A program made the position numbers and the translations under genes. A stretch of 64,000 nucleotides of DNA from Octopus vulgaris (taxonomy: Eukaryota): contig OX597818.1 in the NCBI GenBank assembly GCA_951406725.2, positions 46,748,001 to 46,812,000 on the forward strand. The letters are read 5' to 3'. Each line of letters begins with the position of its first letter. The first letter of the stretch is position 1. Under the pieces are notes generated by a model, which saw only the letters and a program-made list of their open reading frames with translations, was not told the origin of the DNA and searched no databases. This document shows, piece after piece, positions 51,155 to 64,000 of this stretch.

Positions 51155-51272
51155 CATTATCTTACAGCTTTGAGGTTTTTATGATCATCATCATCATCAT
51201 CGTCGTTTAACGGACGTTAAACGACGATGATGATGATGATCATCATAAAAACCTCAAAGCTGTAAGATAATG
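51155..51272. repeat. 118 bp near-perfect palindrome (58 bp arms, 1 mismatch, 2 nt loop)
   Basis: CATTATCTTACAGCTTTGAGG...GTTTAACG-GA-CGTTAAAC...CCTCAAAGCTGTAAGATAATG. Confidence 0.95.
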
Positions 51273-52861
51273 TATGATTTATTCCAAACAAAGTAAATAA
51301 TAAGCACTAAATTTAACAGAACAATCTGAATGCTAAAGAGTTAATTCCACCTTAATAATAAGGCAGTACGGGCCAAACTATAGTGAAGACTTCAAAATAT
51401 ACATAAAATTACATATCCACTACGTAGATACCATACACATGAATTTGACTCGACAAAGCATTAGAATGCAAGTAGTATATTTACTCACACATAAGTTGCA
51501 CCATTGTATACCTGATTTCCAACTGGAAAAACTGGGATTCAAGTAATACACAGAGCAAAGCTGATATCAAGTTTGAATATGAAGAGGAAAAAACTTCTTT
51601 TTACAAATATTTAGCACTGAATTAGGGGTGCAACGTAGACATGAATAGAGTAACTTGGGAAATATAAAACCAGTAACACAAAACACTAACATAATATACA
51701 AAATACCACATACCTAACTAGGTTGCATGTCCTAATACAAGCTAACAAAGTAGTCTCTACATGGTTGCTTGACCTGCTAGAAATAGAAACCAAATATGCC
51801 TCTTAAACAACCTGGGTTGACCACTGGCTAAATAACAACATTCACTAACTAAATAAATACTTTAATGCACTCCCAAGCACAATCATTAGATGTACACAAA
51901 AACAAGCATATCAAATAAACTTTGTTCATATTTTAAACAAGTCACACTAACACAACTTTAAACTAAACTACAGTAACTCATCTCTAGAACATCACTTTCT
52001 GCATCACAAAGTCATGACAACCACATGATAAACAGTTTCCCTAACTTTTTGGGCTGTGTGTAGGATGTGGAGGGATATGCCCAAAACGGATGGTTTCTAT
52101 CACATATGTAGAAGTCTTCGATAGGTCAGGAATGAAGCTTATGTGCTATCACAGACAGTTAATGTAGAACTGACAGAGATCTGAGCATTTAGCAAACTCA
52201 AGTGCCATGTCCAAGTATTAGGGAGGTGCATTTTATGTGAATGTATGGTGAGCAATTAAGATAAGGAAATGGTCAAACAACCCAATAATTGCAAAGACTA
52301 TATACTGAGAAGATTGAAGAAGGGAGACTGAGCTAGAGTAACTGGAAGTCCAGATGAGAAATGTGAGTGGCAAGAAGAGTAGAATTTATTATTTATATAC
52401 GTATGCAGGTACCACCTTTCAGAATGAAACTTGATTACAGAATGTGGTCTGGATAGTATAGATGGTGAGAGATTTGTGTCTGAGAGAAAAAGATGTGTGG
52501 TTTAAGTATTAGTTAGTGGTAATATGCATGCATGTGTGTGTTTGTGGGGTGTCTAATTAGATCCAAGTCCACAGACAAGAAAGAGTACCTGCTTTTCAAC
52601 TTTTAAGACATTTTGAAAGTATAACAGGTATCAGTATGCTGTGAGATAATAAGCCCTTGCTAGTAACCTGATCCCATGGATCCCCTTGCTTCCTATTTTA
52701 CTTGGGTAGACCCTCACAGCCATTTAATGTTTAAAAAACTCCTATTATATTTTTTATAATTAAATATTTTTAGAAATTGCATGAAAAATTAAATATTTGG
52801 TGTATTGTAGAGATATAGTCAATTTATTGCACCTAAATTTTAACAAAAAAATCTTATTTAG

Positions 52862-53081
52862 CCCTTTCGTTACTGAATTTATTCTGAGATGCCCAGTGTT
52901 TCTTCCAATTATTTAAAATATAACAAAGAATTAAGTAAAATAGCATCGTTATCATTAAGCTAGAGTTAGGACATAATTTGTGACTTAGGAATTGTGGAAG
53001 GATTTAATTCAGAACTTTTGAAAACCAGACATTTGTACTAAAGAGCCAGAGCCGGTTTCAGCCGGGTTGGTAACGAAAGGG
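52862..53081. mobile_element. piggyBac-type MITE family 2
   Basis: CCCTTTCGTTAC...GTAACGAAAGGG-TTAA. Reverse orientation relative to 15266-15486. Confidence 0.82.
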
Positions 53082-54834
53082 TTAAACCCCCATGGGTCAT
53101 ATGAACCCTGGCTGAGAATCACTGTGGTAAAGGCATATATTGAGAACAAAAGATTTGTAGATTGCACAGTCTTTTGATTGATTATATGTCTTAGGCCTGC
53201 TCAATCAGAATCGACTTGAGCGTACACATCAACATAATCAAATAACTATATAAAAATATTTTAATTAACATATTCTCAAATTTCTTTTTCATCTTTTTAA
53301 AAAATTGTAACAATTGAAGATTGTGAAGTATTGACTTAAAACAGCATTTATCACCTGGGGTGCTGTAGCACACCAAGAAGCCATCAATAGTAGAGATAGA
53401 GATGTATTACTTGGAGAGCACTTGCTATAATTATGGAAAAGGTCGAAGAATACTAACTTAAATATTCTAACATACATATTTTAATGATCAATCTCGAATC
53501 AATAAAATAAAATTGAATTTACATTGAAGAGAGAGAAATTAGAAAGAGAAGTGTATGGCTTTTAAATTTAATCTTCAAAATATGTATATACAAAATGTAA
53601 TAATTTAAATGAAATGTTTCTCATATACAATTAATAATTGAAAGTTTCCATATTTCTTTAGAAACACTATCAAAAACCTGTATTTTCAATGATAATCATA
53701 ACATTCACCTTAATGCTTAAATTTTCATCAAAAGACTAAACTCATTTAATTATCTGAAGTTGAAACATTTTAATTCTTATGCTAATGAAAATATTTCAGC
53801 ATCAAATCAAAATGAAAGTTTTATTACAAAAATGTGCAAGCAAGTCTTCAGATATACTACAGTTACTGATGTTGTTATTAAGCCTCAAGTCACCTCTAAT
53901 AGCCTAGACCTATGACACACAGTCAGTCAAATGATAAAGTGCAATTCACAGTTGTTCAGGTAAGCCATGCCTTCATCTGTTGGAAGACAGACGTACACCC
54001 GGACACGCAATAATGTGCACTGTGACAACGTTGGATTTTTGTACACTAGTAGTAATAATAGTTTAGCCCCAGGTCAGCCTTGATAGATTAGGCCAACAAA
54101 GGCATTTAAGCCTTGACCATCATGTCTTCTTCAAGCACAGTACATAAGCACTCCTTATCCTAGTCCAAAATATCCTCTTGTTTCCAGAAAAGAATAGAAT
54201 GTGATTTGAGGAAGATTTGGCTGCTCTTTCTAGTAACCACATTAAAGGTCCTTCATTCTGGCAATGACTATAGTGAAGTGGTCTACATTGGAGCATATCA
54301 GTTACTATTCCTCTGCACTTATTGGTGCAATGCATCCCAACTCACTGATAGGGATTAATGAGGCCATTGCTACTGCTGTTAATCTTGTGTGCATGTGTTT
54401 TGTTTGGAGTGAGTAGGAGGGTAATGTTCTTTAGATAAAATTGTAGTAATGTTGTAGAATGTTACAGATGTGTACAGATGTTTGGGTGACGACTATGCTT
54501 ATAGTGGCCAGTGACAGTAAGAGTTGAAACTTGCTGTAACAATAAAATATACTTTTCACCTGTCCATGTGATATTTTACATTGAGTATTCAAATAAGAAC
54601 TTTTATCTAGATACAAAGTCCATGTGTTTGTGACAACACAAACTTTTGACTTTTAACAGAATTACATGTATGTCCAAGCAAAACACATACTTGACATACT
54701 AATGGGAAATGCTACTCAATTTTGCCAATCAAAAACAATAAATAATTTGAATTTCTGAAATGAAGAATTATTATACACTAATATACTCAGACTTGCATTC
54801 TCATTTTAGTTGTTATATAGCTTCAGAGCTAAAC

Positions 54835-55298
54835 TGATGTGACTGTAACAACCAAGGACACTGCCTTTAGTCAAACAAATCAACCCCAGGACTTATTCTT
54901 TGTAAGCCTAGTACTTATTCTATTGGTCTTTTTTGCCAAACTGCTAAGTTACAGGGATGTAAACACACCAACATTGGTTGTCAAGAGTTGGTGGAGGGAC
55001 ACACAAACATATATACACACACACGTATATGTGTCTTGCTGAAGAGGAAATACAAGGTTACCCGACCAGAGAGAGAAAGATCAGGAATGAAGACAGAATC
55101 AGATGTGCTACCACAAAGAAAATATATGGTTGCCATATATACACGACAGGCTTCTTTCAGCTTCCATCTACCAGATCCACTCAAGACTTTGGTCAGCCTG
55201 AGGCTATAGGAGACACTTGCCCAACATGCCACGCAGTGGGACTGAACCCAGAATCATGTGATTGGGAAGCAAGCTTCTTACCACACAGCCACTCTTGT
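54835..55298 (-). mobile_element. SINE family A with an unrelated insert of about 100 bp in its microsatellite
   Basis: Family A tail and head flank the non-family segment at about 55030-55134. Confidence 0.7.
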
Positions 55299-58093
55299 GC
55301 CAACATCTACAATTTGCTAGAAAAAAAAGGTGGGGGACCATAGAAACATTCCCAGAGAGCCAGGTGTAAGGCATTAACAAAAACATCCCTCAGAGAAATT
55401 ATTTCAATTTGCACAGAAAAAGCATGATCATCACAGTTTTCATTTCTTTCTTTTCTAAACATCCCAAGGTTTGAGAGACTACTTAGTTGTCCTGAGGAAG
55501 ACATTATGACAGACTTATAATAGGCTGTAAGGAATCAGACATGCATTAAAAAAAAAGGTTCAGTCATAGAAGGATAACACCCAAGACCCTTTCCAAATTA
55601 ATCAGATGAAAGAAAAGTAGTTACTCTTAGACCAGTGACCAGGCCTAAATGCTTACAACAAAATGGGCTCAGGTAAAGACACTCAAAAACCAAGTGACAA
55701 CATTAAACCAAGCAACAGGTTAAGTTTACCATCCAGCTACAAGTAGTGTTATGCTGCTAGAGATACTCACACAGTTTCTATCAACAAAATTTCACAAGGC
55801 TTCGATTGACCTCGGGCTATGGCAGAAATAATTTGTCCAAATAGGATTGTAAGAATGGTGTTTGAAACCATGCAGACATGAACTTTTTAATAACAGCCAT
55901 TACAAAAGGAAAATTTCAAATATTGATTTCTTACTTTGAAATGAAACCAAAAACTTATTTGGAAGAGATAAATGATTGACTGAATCAACCGAATGTATAA
56001 TTGGTATTCATCCACCACCACCACCAAATGCATTTTCTGACTATTCTACTCTTCTGTTTCCAACTACAAAGTCTGTGTACCAACTAATTTGATTTTTAAT
56101 CATAAATGAAAGTATATTTTTAAAAGCAACTACATAAAAACAAAAACTCAACACCCTTTTTTTTTTAAATTAACAATTGAAATTCCCAACAGTAGAACAA
56201 CAGTTAACCAATTTGCATTTAGAATGTATGTCATACTAATTAACAGATATATAATGTAATACTGAATTCACAAGAAATCAATATTATTAAGAATTTAATT
56301 GCTGAAACTTAAATGAAGATGTAAAATTAAGGACAGTCATAAGCAATTCTTGTCAAATGAAAACCAAAACTAATTTAGAAAGCTTCAATGTTAACCTAAT
56401 TTACTAACAATTTTGAATAAATGTTATGTAACTGGCTTTATGTAAGGGAGTATATACTACGGACCAATTCATAATTATATTTTTTAAATTTGTATGTAAA
56501 TGTTACACAAATAACTTAGTTTAAATTTCTACTTAGGTTCAGTAGTCATTACATACTTTGCATTTAATAGAACTGTATAAATGCATAGTAAAAAGTTTGC
56601 TTCCCAACCACAGGTTTTCTGGTTCAGTCCCACTGTGTGGTACCTTGGGTAAATGTTTTTTACAAAGGCTTGTGAGTGGATTTTGTCGAAAGAAGCCTGT
56701 TATACTTACATATATAGATGTGTACATGTATATGTGTTACTATCCCCTTTCCTTAGTCTATTTAGCAGTCTTCCAAGGAAGTATGTCTGGTCATACAGAA
56801 ATATAAACTTACTTGGAAACAGGTAAGGGTTGGCAAGAAGGGCATCCAACCAAAGAAAATCTGCCTCAATCAATTCCATCCAACCCATGTGAGCATGGGA
56901 AAAATGGATATTAAAACAATAACAAAAACAATGATGATGATGATGAAAGGAAGTAATATTGTTAATATTATTATTAACATTATTATTACCTTTAATTCTA
57001 AACTGTTTCCAAATTAATATGGCTTTTACAAGTTTGCTACAATCTTATAATTCCTGCTCTGAATCTAATTCTATTAGATTATCATAATAAATTGAATTCC
57101 CAAACTGTTATATAATAACAGAAAAAGAAACAAAGCAAAAATCCCAGTATAAATTTTGACTGGGAGATAATCTAGGACATCGAAATTTCTATTTAAATAA
57201 ACTCATGCAATGGCCATGAAACTAATTGTAATGGGCTTGTTTATATTTAATTAAAATAATACTAGTAATGAAAAGAAATTAACTGCGATGATCAAATTCT
57301 TGCCAAAAGTGGCAAGGGAGACAACTCTGAAATCCAAATTGAAAAACAAATGGAGGAAATGCAGTTGAGAAGAAATCTGCTCTTTAAAAAATATAGTAAC
57401 AACTCCAGATATAAGTTTCAATTTTATTAGACTGGAGAGTATTTTCCAGGGGGTGTCTTTTCCATAAAGAAGATACAATAGAATAGAATAGAATAAGAAA
57501 AAAAGATTATATTGGAAATTACATTCATAATGAGGAGAAAAATTAATTTTACTGGTCAATTCTTGTCAGGGAAGGCAAGAAAGACCCCTCCAAAATCTAA
57601 GTTAATTAAATACTAGATGTGAACATACCATAGTCTCTAAGACTATATGACATCACTATAAAATGTAAGATCGCTAATTAATTCAGAGGGTTTAATTTAA
57701 ATTTCTGCATGAGTAAAAGTGCTTTTCTTCGAGGAAAGGTGTCTCTGACAATAGCAGAACACACCTGTAAAACACACAATGCTGCAAAAAATGACGTAAG
57801 AAATTGTATAAAAAGTTGCTTCACAAAAGATAGGAATGAAAAAAAAAAAATTAACATAATCAGAGAAAGTCTATTAAAAGCAAAGACATCTGCTACTTAT
57901 TCTGAAAATAAAGACTAATACAGAAACTTATCTAAGTGTTGCTAATGTACTAAATAGAAGAATTTAGAACATAAGAAATAAGAATTTTACTGCTTCTTTT
58001 ATTTATTTATTATTTTTTTTTTTTTTGTAGAAAGTAGATATCAATTGAAACTGTACAAAATAAAATTATCAAGAACAAGTTTAGAATATTTAG

Positions 58094-58477
58094 ACTCTTT
58101 TACTTGTTTCAGTCATTTGACTGTGGCCATGCTGGAGCACCGCCTTTAGTCGAGCAAATCAACCCCAGGACTTATTCTTTGTAAGCCTAGTACTTATTCT
58201 ATCGGTCTCTTTTGCCGAACCACTAAGTTATGGAGACGTAAACACACCAGCATCGGTTGTCAAGCGATGTTGGGGGGGGACAAACATATACACACACATA
58301 TATATATACATATATACAACGGGGTTCTTTCAGTTTCCATCTACCAAATCCATTCACAAGGCTTAGGTCGGCCTGAGGCTATAGTAGAAGACACTTGCCC
58401 AAGGCGCCACGCAGTGGGACTGAACCCAGAACCATGTGGTTGGTAAGCAAGCTACTTACCACACAGCCACTCCTACG
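58094..58477 (-). mobile_element. SINE family A, full length
   Basis: Highly similar to the neighbouring copy at 58950-59346, with many CpGs retained. Confidence 0.88.
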
Positions 58478-58581
58478 ACTGTTCAGAAAATCTAAATACA
58501 AAGCAAACATTCAAAGTTTCATTTGGATAATCTTCAAGAGACAGTGCAGAAACAGTATACTTATATCATCTAACTAAGAAG

Positions 58582-58650
<69 letters not shown>

Positions 58651-58949
58651 TACATACACCTGTACTCGAATTAGATACATACATACAGAATGGGGAGAAT
58701 TGTGTCATTTATTGTAGTAAATGAGAACAGTAAGCGGTCACAGTCCTGCTAGGCAAAATAATTCAGTTAGCTATAAGCCTGCCTGCCTACTCTTATCTTA
58801 AGATATGAGGAAGTGAAGGTTGGAAACTTTATCTAAATTAGTAGAAGAGCCAGCTTCTTTCAACCAACTCTACACGTTAATGAATAATCTCAGCTTCTTA
58901 ATTAAATGTATTTGTTTGTACTTTAGGTTTATTATATTTCAGTTAGTCT

Positions 58950-59346
58950 CTCTTTCTCTTTCTCTCTTTTACTTGTTTCAGTCATTTGACTGCGGTCATG
59001 CTGGAGCACCGCCTTTAGTCGAACAAATCGACCCCGGGACTTATTCTTTGTAAGCCCAGTACTTATTCTATCGGTCTCTTTTGCCGAACCGCTAAGTGAC
59101 AGGGACGTAAACACACCAGCATCGGTTGTCAAGCAATGCTAGGGGGACAGACACACACACACATATATATATATACATATATACGACAGGCTTCTTTCAG
59201 TTTCCGTCTACCAAATCCACTCACAAGGCTTTGGTCGGCCCGGGGCTATAGCAGAAGACACTTGCCCAGGATGCCACGTAGTGGGACTGAACCCGGAACC
59301 ATGTGGTTGGTTAGCAAGCTACTTACCACACAGACACTCCTGCGCC
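58950..59346 (-). mobile_element. SINE family A, full length, young
   Basis: Head GGCGCAGGAGTGTCTGTGTGGTAAG...GGTTCAGTCCC, CpG-rich body and GA-rich tail. Confidence 0.88.
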
Positions 59347-59574
59347 TGTTTTTTTTCTGTGTAAAATGATTGTTAATATTGATCTCTAAATAATTGCTAA
59401 TATTTATTCATCTCACATATCTAAGTTTCTAAGAGTTTATGTTGATAAGGTGCACAGATACAGTAAACATTGTAGTTTGACTGCAGAATAAAAACATTTT
59501 AATGAAGTGCTCCAGATGAAATTTTGGGGGCTTAAAAATGCAATTTACATGAGTTCCTTTTAGGGGCAGATTAA

Positions 59575-59985
59575 CCTTTTTGCCACTATATTTCTGTTGG
59601 AATATGCTACCTTCATTTCAATTATTAAAATAATGAAGAATTTAGTAAAATATCTTGGTCATTATTAAGTTGGTGTTTAGAACATAAACGGACTGAAATT
59701 TTGGAGGAGGATTTAAATTCAGTCTGTTTTAACCTTCTCAATACCAACCCACTTGAAATTATTCCTGGTTCTTCAATAAAAAACTTCTAGAACCTTCCAT
59801 CAAAATTCTATGTCAATTTATGTTCAAAACACCAGCTTAATAACGACAAAGTTATTTTAATAATCTCTGTAATTTTCAAAATTAATTAAAACAAAGGCAT
59901 CAACAGATGTGTGGTATAACAAAAGGGTTAAACAAAAAGTGTCATAGAACAATGAGTGGTCTCAGATAGGTTGCTATTAAATGGG
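59575..59985. mobile_element. MITE family 2 copy with a second, inverted family 2 copy nested at 59733-59927
   Basis: Outer TTAA at 59571-74 and 59986-89. Inner TTAA at 59729-32 and 59928-31. Confidence 0.7.
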
Positions 59986-62821
59986 TTAAAGAGAGTAAAA
60001 AATTATTTGAGAATAATATCTCTATGGAATAGAAAGTTTTATAACAATTAAAATATAACTGTAAAAAAGAAAATAAAAGAAAGCTACAAAGCAATTTTAA
60101 TAGAATGAAAGAAATGGAATTATATCAAGCTAAGAGCTATTCATATTTAAAGTGTTTCTTATTTATAAACAAAAAGATAATTCAATTTTTGAGAGGTTAT
60201 TGTAAACAATTTTCAATTTGTTCTGTTGGTTGCAAATAATTCTTCTGAGTATCAAATTTAAATTGAATTATTAATTCCACATTTTTTTTTAAAATTAATC
60301 GCTGGGGTTAATTATATAGTAATCTAGTTATTATATCACTTCATGATAATAGCTTAGAAAAAAGAAAAACATTTTATGTCTCTACATATTTCATGACTAG
60401 CAAGACCTCTCACCTCCCAAATTACAGTCAAGGTCCTCCTTTATCAAAAGAAAAAAGACTGCTAACAATACAGAATCACCATACTTGCCATTCCTCAAGC
60501 AAGATGGCTCTACAGGTACTTGCTCCCTGGTTTGCTTTCAACTGCACACAACAAAAATTCCTTCCAAACTTTCCTTCATTGCTCCAATAATTTCACAACA
60601 TACATACAAGACAGCTATAAAACTTCTCTGATCACTCTAAGTTGTTCCCCAATTCAAAGTAAAAGTAACTGCTCTGGCCCCAACAACTAGTACCTTATTG
60701 CCTTCATTCCAGTATCTCATAAATGAAGGGAAAAACCCTAAAAACTGAATCATCTTCAGTCTCCCTCCTTTCTCAATGATCACCTACCTGTACAGTTTCA
60801 GTAAATCAGATCCACAAGTAACTTGTCACACCTATGTCATCTTGCTCTTGAGAACTTCATTGATAGTAGTGTATTTAACAAATAGGCAACACCTTTGATA
60901 AGACCTCATAGTTAAGTTACCAACCTGGTTATATCTGTCTCTTAACTCTTGGATCAGAGTGTTCCAGTCAAACTGCACCTTTGCACCCACCTTAATTGAA
61001 TTTTCTGATCTACATTCTATAAACACCAGTGTAACCAAACAGGGAAATTCCAACAGCCAAGTCACTAGACTAAAGATTATGCCCAGCTGTTCTTCTTTAG
61101 ATGTTGACTTTCTGGAATGCTACTACACACATAAATCCTAGTCCATACTCAGAAAGAAGACCTAAGACTCATTCATCAACATGCTACAATTGCAAGATAA
61201 TGTTGTTCACCACTTTAAAATTATTGTAAGATTTAAAATCAATGTTTAATGGAGGAAAAATAACTTTTACTTAATAAACTACAAACTGTGAGACAAACTC
61301 CAACTCTACATGATTCTCAAAGTTTTCAAAAAGAACAAAAAAAAAAGACAGGAATTTCATTCAAAGAAGAAATTTCAGAATGGGCTTTTATTCAGCTCCA
61401 AGTCATCTTTGACTGAAAAACCTATGGTCAAGTGTGTTCCATCCAAAGCCCCACACCCATCATTTTCATTCAACCTATCTATGTGACCTCCTTTCCACAT
61501 TCTAGAGGGAGATTTGGATGCTACTTCTTATAGGATGAGAACCTTTCTCATTTGCTTGTTCAGAATGCTTCAATATGAAAATAGCTATTAAACAACAAAA
61601 GACAAGACTGATGTGCTGAACACCATAAACAATTTTTTTTACATATTAATATGTAATGATTACAGCAGAAGATGTTGAGAAACTGGTTTTGAAGCTGTTC
61701 TAAATATTTTGTTAGTTGTTTTACCTATCTAAGTTGACATCAACTTTTAATTCATATTGTATATCTTCTCCAAAAGGGGTATTATTTAATGAAGAATAAA
61801 ATGATAAACATATGCTAACTCATCTTTTACAAAATAGAAAGACTATGGTGAAGGACCATCTGATAAGAATAATGTAAAACAAATTACTTAGTCTCATCCT
61901 TTACTATATGCAGCTCATAGCTACAAAATAATGTATATACATGTGAAGTCAACTGATACCCTGAAATAATTAGACAGAACACAACATTCATCAGAAAAAA
62001 AATGATTACCACCTATTTTTCCTTTTGTTTCTTTACAAAGTTCTTTTTTGTCAGTGAGCCCCATTTTTACTTTTATTGCCTTTCCTAGTGCCTATTTCCT
62101 TTCTCTGTATTAGGTCTGTTAAAAAATTGTCAAGAATTTTGTAATTTATGGTGTAAAATGTAAAACAATAACTGTAAATTTAAACATGGGTAAACTATAA
62201 AGCTAGGTTGTTTTCTTGTTAAAAACCAATGAAATAATCAAGTAAAACATTCTCAAAACAATGTTCATTCAACTTGCAATGAAACAGTTGAGTCTGTGAC
62301 TAACAGTGTCTCAGATCTCCACATTTAGTAATTTGAATTCTACTTCATTGTTTGAAAAGAAACTATATTCTATTCAATACAATGTTTGAAAGCCAATGAA
62401 GAACATCTTGACCTTACTGTCCAACAATACAATTTATAGATTTTCTACAACTGAAAGTCTTCATATAATTTTCAACTTTGGCTTTAGCTCAATAACATTT
62501 TGCAGTAAAATCAGTTACTCTTCAATTTCTTCCACTCAATAAAAAAAAAATGTTTAAAAATGGATTTATTGCCCAATTTGAAATTAATATCAAATGTAGA
62601 GCCTGAAATCTCTCAGCCATGCTTATATGCAGTTCATCCATGAGTGTGCAATGCAGTTAAAGATCATTTTTTTTCCCCCTTCCCTCTGGGATCAGGATTT
62701 GGAATGACCAACACTGCATTTGAACATGTAGATTTGGACAGAAATGGGGTGAGATTCTAACTATGTCTCTGCAATTACAAATGGCACTCTATTAATAATC
62801 CAGATATACTAAATATATTTA

Positions 62822-63071
62822 ACAATTGCAGTGTGGAAGGTGTTTGTAAGCCATTTAAGAAACACACAAAAGCCGTTGAATTCACTTCAACATTTAAGTT
62901 TAATTTGTCAAAATATTTTCGTCGCTTTAAGACCGCAACCTGTTCACTGACAAAAATCCGTGCTGCATCTCTGCGTGTTTCTTAAATGGCTTACAAACAC
63001 CTTCCATGCTGCAATTGTTTTCATTTCAGCACACGATCTCAGATCAAATCACTTGCTATGCAAGTACATCT
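62822..63071. mobile_element. Penelope-like inverted pseudo-LTR element, same family as 18769-19100
   Basis: One complete arm of about 147 bp (62822-62968), then an inverted partial arm and the same tail ending CAAGTACATCT. Confidence 0.65.
62904..62954 (-). ncRNA. Candidate minimal type I hammerhead ribozyme with G3:C8 core variant
   Basis: Minus strand reads TTTGTCA GTGAACA G-GTTGC-ggtcttaaa-GCGAC GAA AATATT T TGACAAA. This gives stem I, core, stem II, GAAA, a palindromic stem III and the NUH site. Confidence 0.55.
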
Positions 63072-64000
63072 CCGTAAATAAATATATTTAGCTCACCACA
63101 AATCAAAGTATTCAAATCTTAAAAGGAATTTTTTTTTTTAAATTAAATTAAAATATCTCTTTGACAGTCACTTGACTTCAAGATGCATCACAGAGCATCC
63201 AAATTGTTCATCATTCTCAACGTAAACATTAGCTGGAGAGTGGAGGCATATAAGTAAGCTCTTTTTAAAGTTAAAGTATTTAAATGTTTTGCAACAACTT
63301 GTAGCACCGTGAATTACACAGAACATTAATAGCCTGTCAAGAGTGATACCCCATCTGCTGCATAAGCAGCAAAACTTATTTTCGTTTGAAAATTTGTTCT
63401 ACCGGAATTGATCTGAACAGCCCTCATCAGTAAGAAGGAGCAATTTTCATTAAATGTACTTAATATATATCATAAAACTTACAAAATTATTTTTCAGAAA
63501 TTAATAAATATTTTGTATATAGAGTACAAGCATATCAAAACAATGTTCACAAATAAATAGGAATATCTAGCTTTAATGCTACCTCATCTATAAATCACTG
63601 TCTTCATTAATAGCAATATCTACTGTCAGATTTTGATATGTTCTTATTGCTTTTACAACATAAGCAATGCCAAGGTTAACTTTGTCAAACATAATTTGAT
63701 ATGTTTTAGCATTTCCAGATGAAGAGCATCCAGTTTGTTCGTTGCTAGAGAGTGTATTTTTTTGTGTATTAGTTTTCACTTTTTCCAGTACAACACACTT
63801 CAGTCACTGACTTGTCCTATTTTTGTTTCTAATAATCCTTTAGTAGAAATCTGATAAAGATTTTGATACTAAGATGACACTTTCAGGGTATTTACATATT
63901 TAAATTAATCAAATTCCGAATTTTCTCGTTATTCAAAACAAAATTTAATTGAAATATTTCATTTATTTTATATTACAGTATAACTTGTAAACAATGAAAT

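Noticed and set aside
63121-63800. Possible coding remnant on the minus strand (63 aa ORF and neighbours)
   Set aside because: No motif I can assign and stops in all frames. It may be an old transposase relic but this cannot be supported.

Overview
AT-rich, repeat-dense animal DNA, not prokaryotic. The SINE, RTE and microsatellite repertoire suggests an octopus (inference from pattern recognition). There is one host gene, an Nck/Dock-type SH3-SH3-SH3-SH2 adaptor on the minus strand. It has two coding exons (23690-22731 and 8927-8721, about 388 aa) split by a 13.8 kb intron, and its upstream exon or promoter could not be located in the window. The rest is intron or flank filled with decayed mobile DNA: two mariners, a Buster-type hAT, TTAA and TA MITEs, RTE, Tx1/L1 and CR1 LINE ends, Penelope-like relics and several tRNA-derived SINE families. 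The most notable signals are (1) a family of short inverted-repeat Penelope-like elements carrying a minimal hammerhead-ribozyme fold with a swapped G3:C8 core, (2) a 118 bp fold-back palindrome built from an RTE tail plus its own flank, (3) a ~64 bp structured subrepeat in the RTE 3' UTR near which several short copies begin, and (4) an out-of-frame uORF overlapping the Nck start codon. All alignments were read by eye, and repeat boundaries are approximate unless TIR or TSD coordinates are given.
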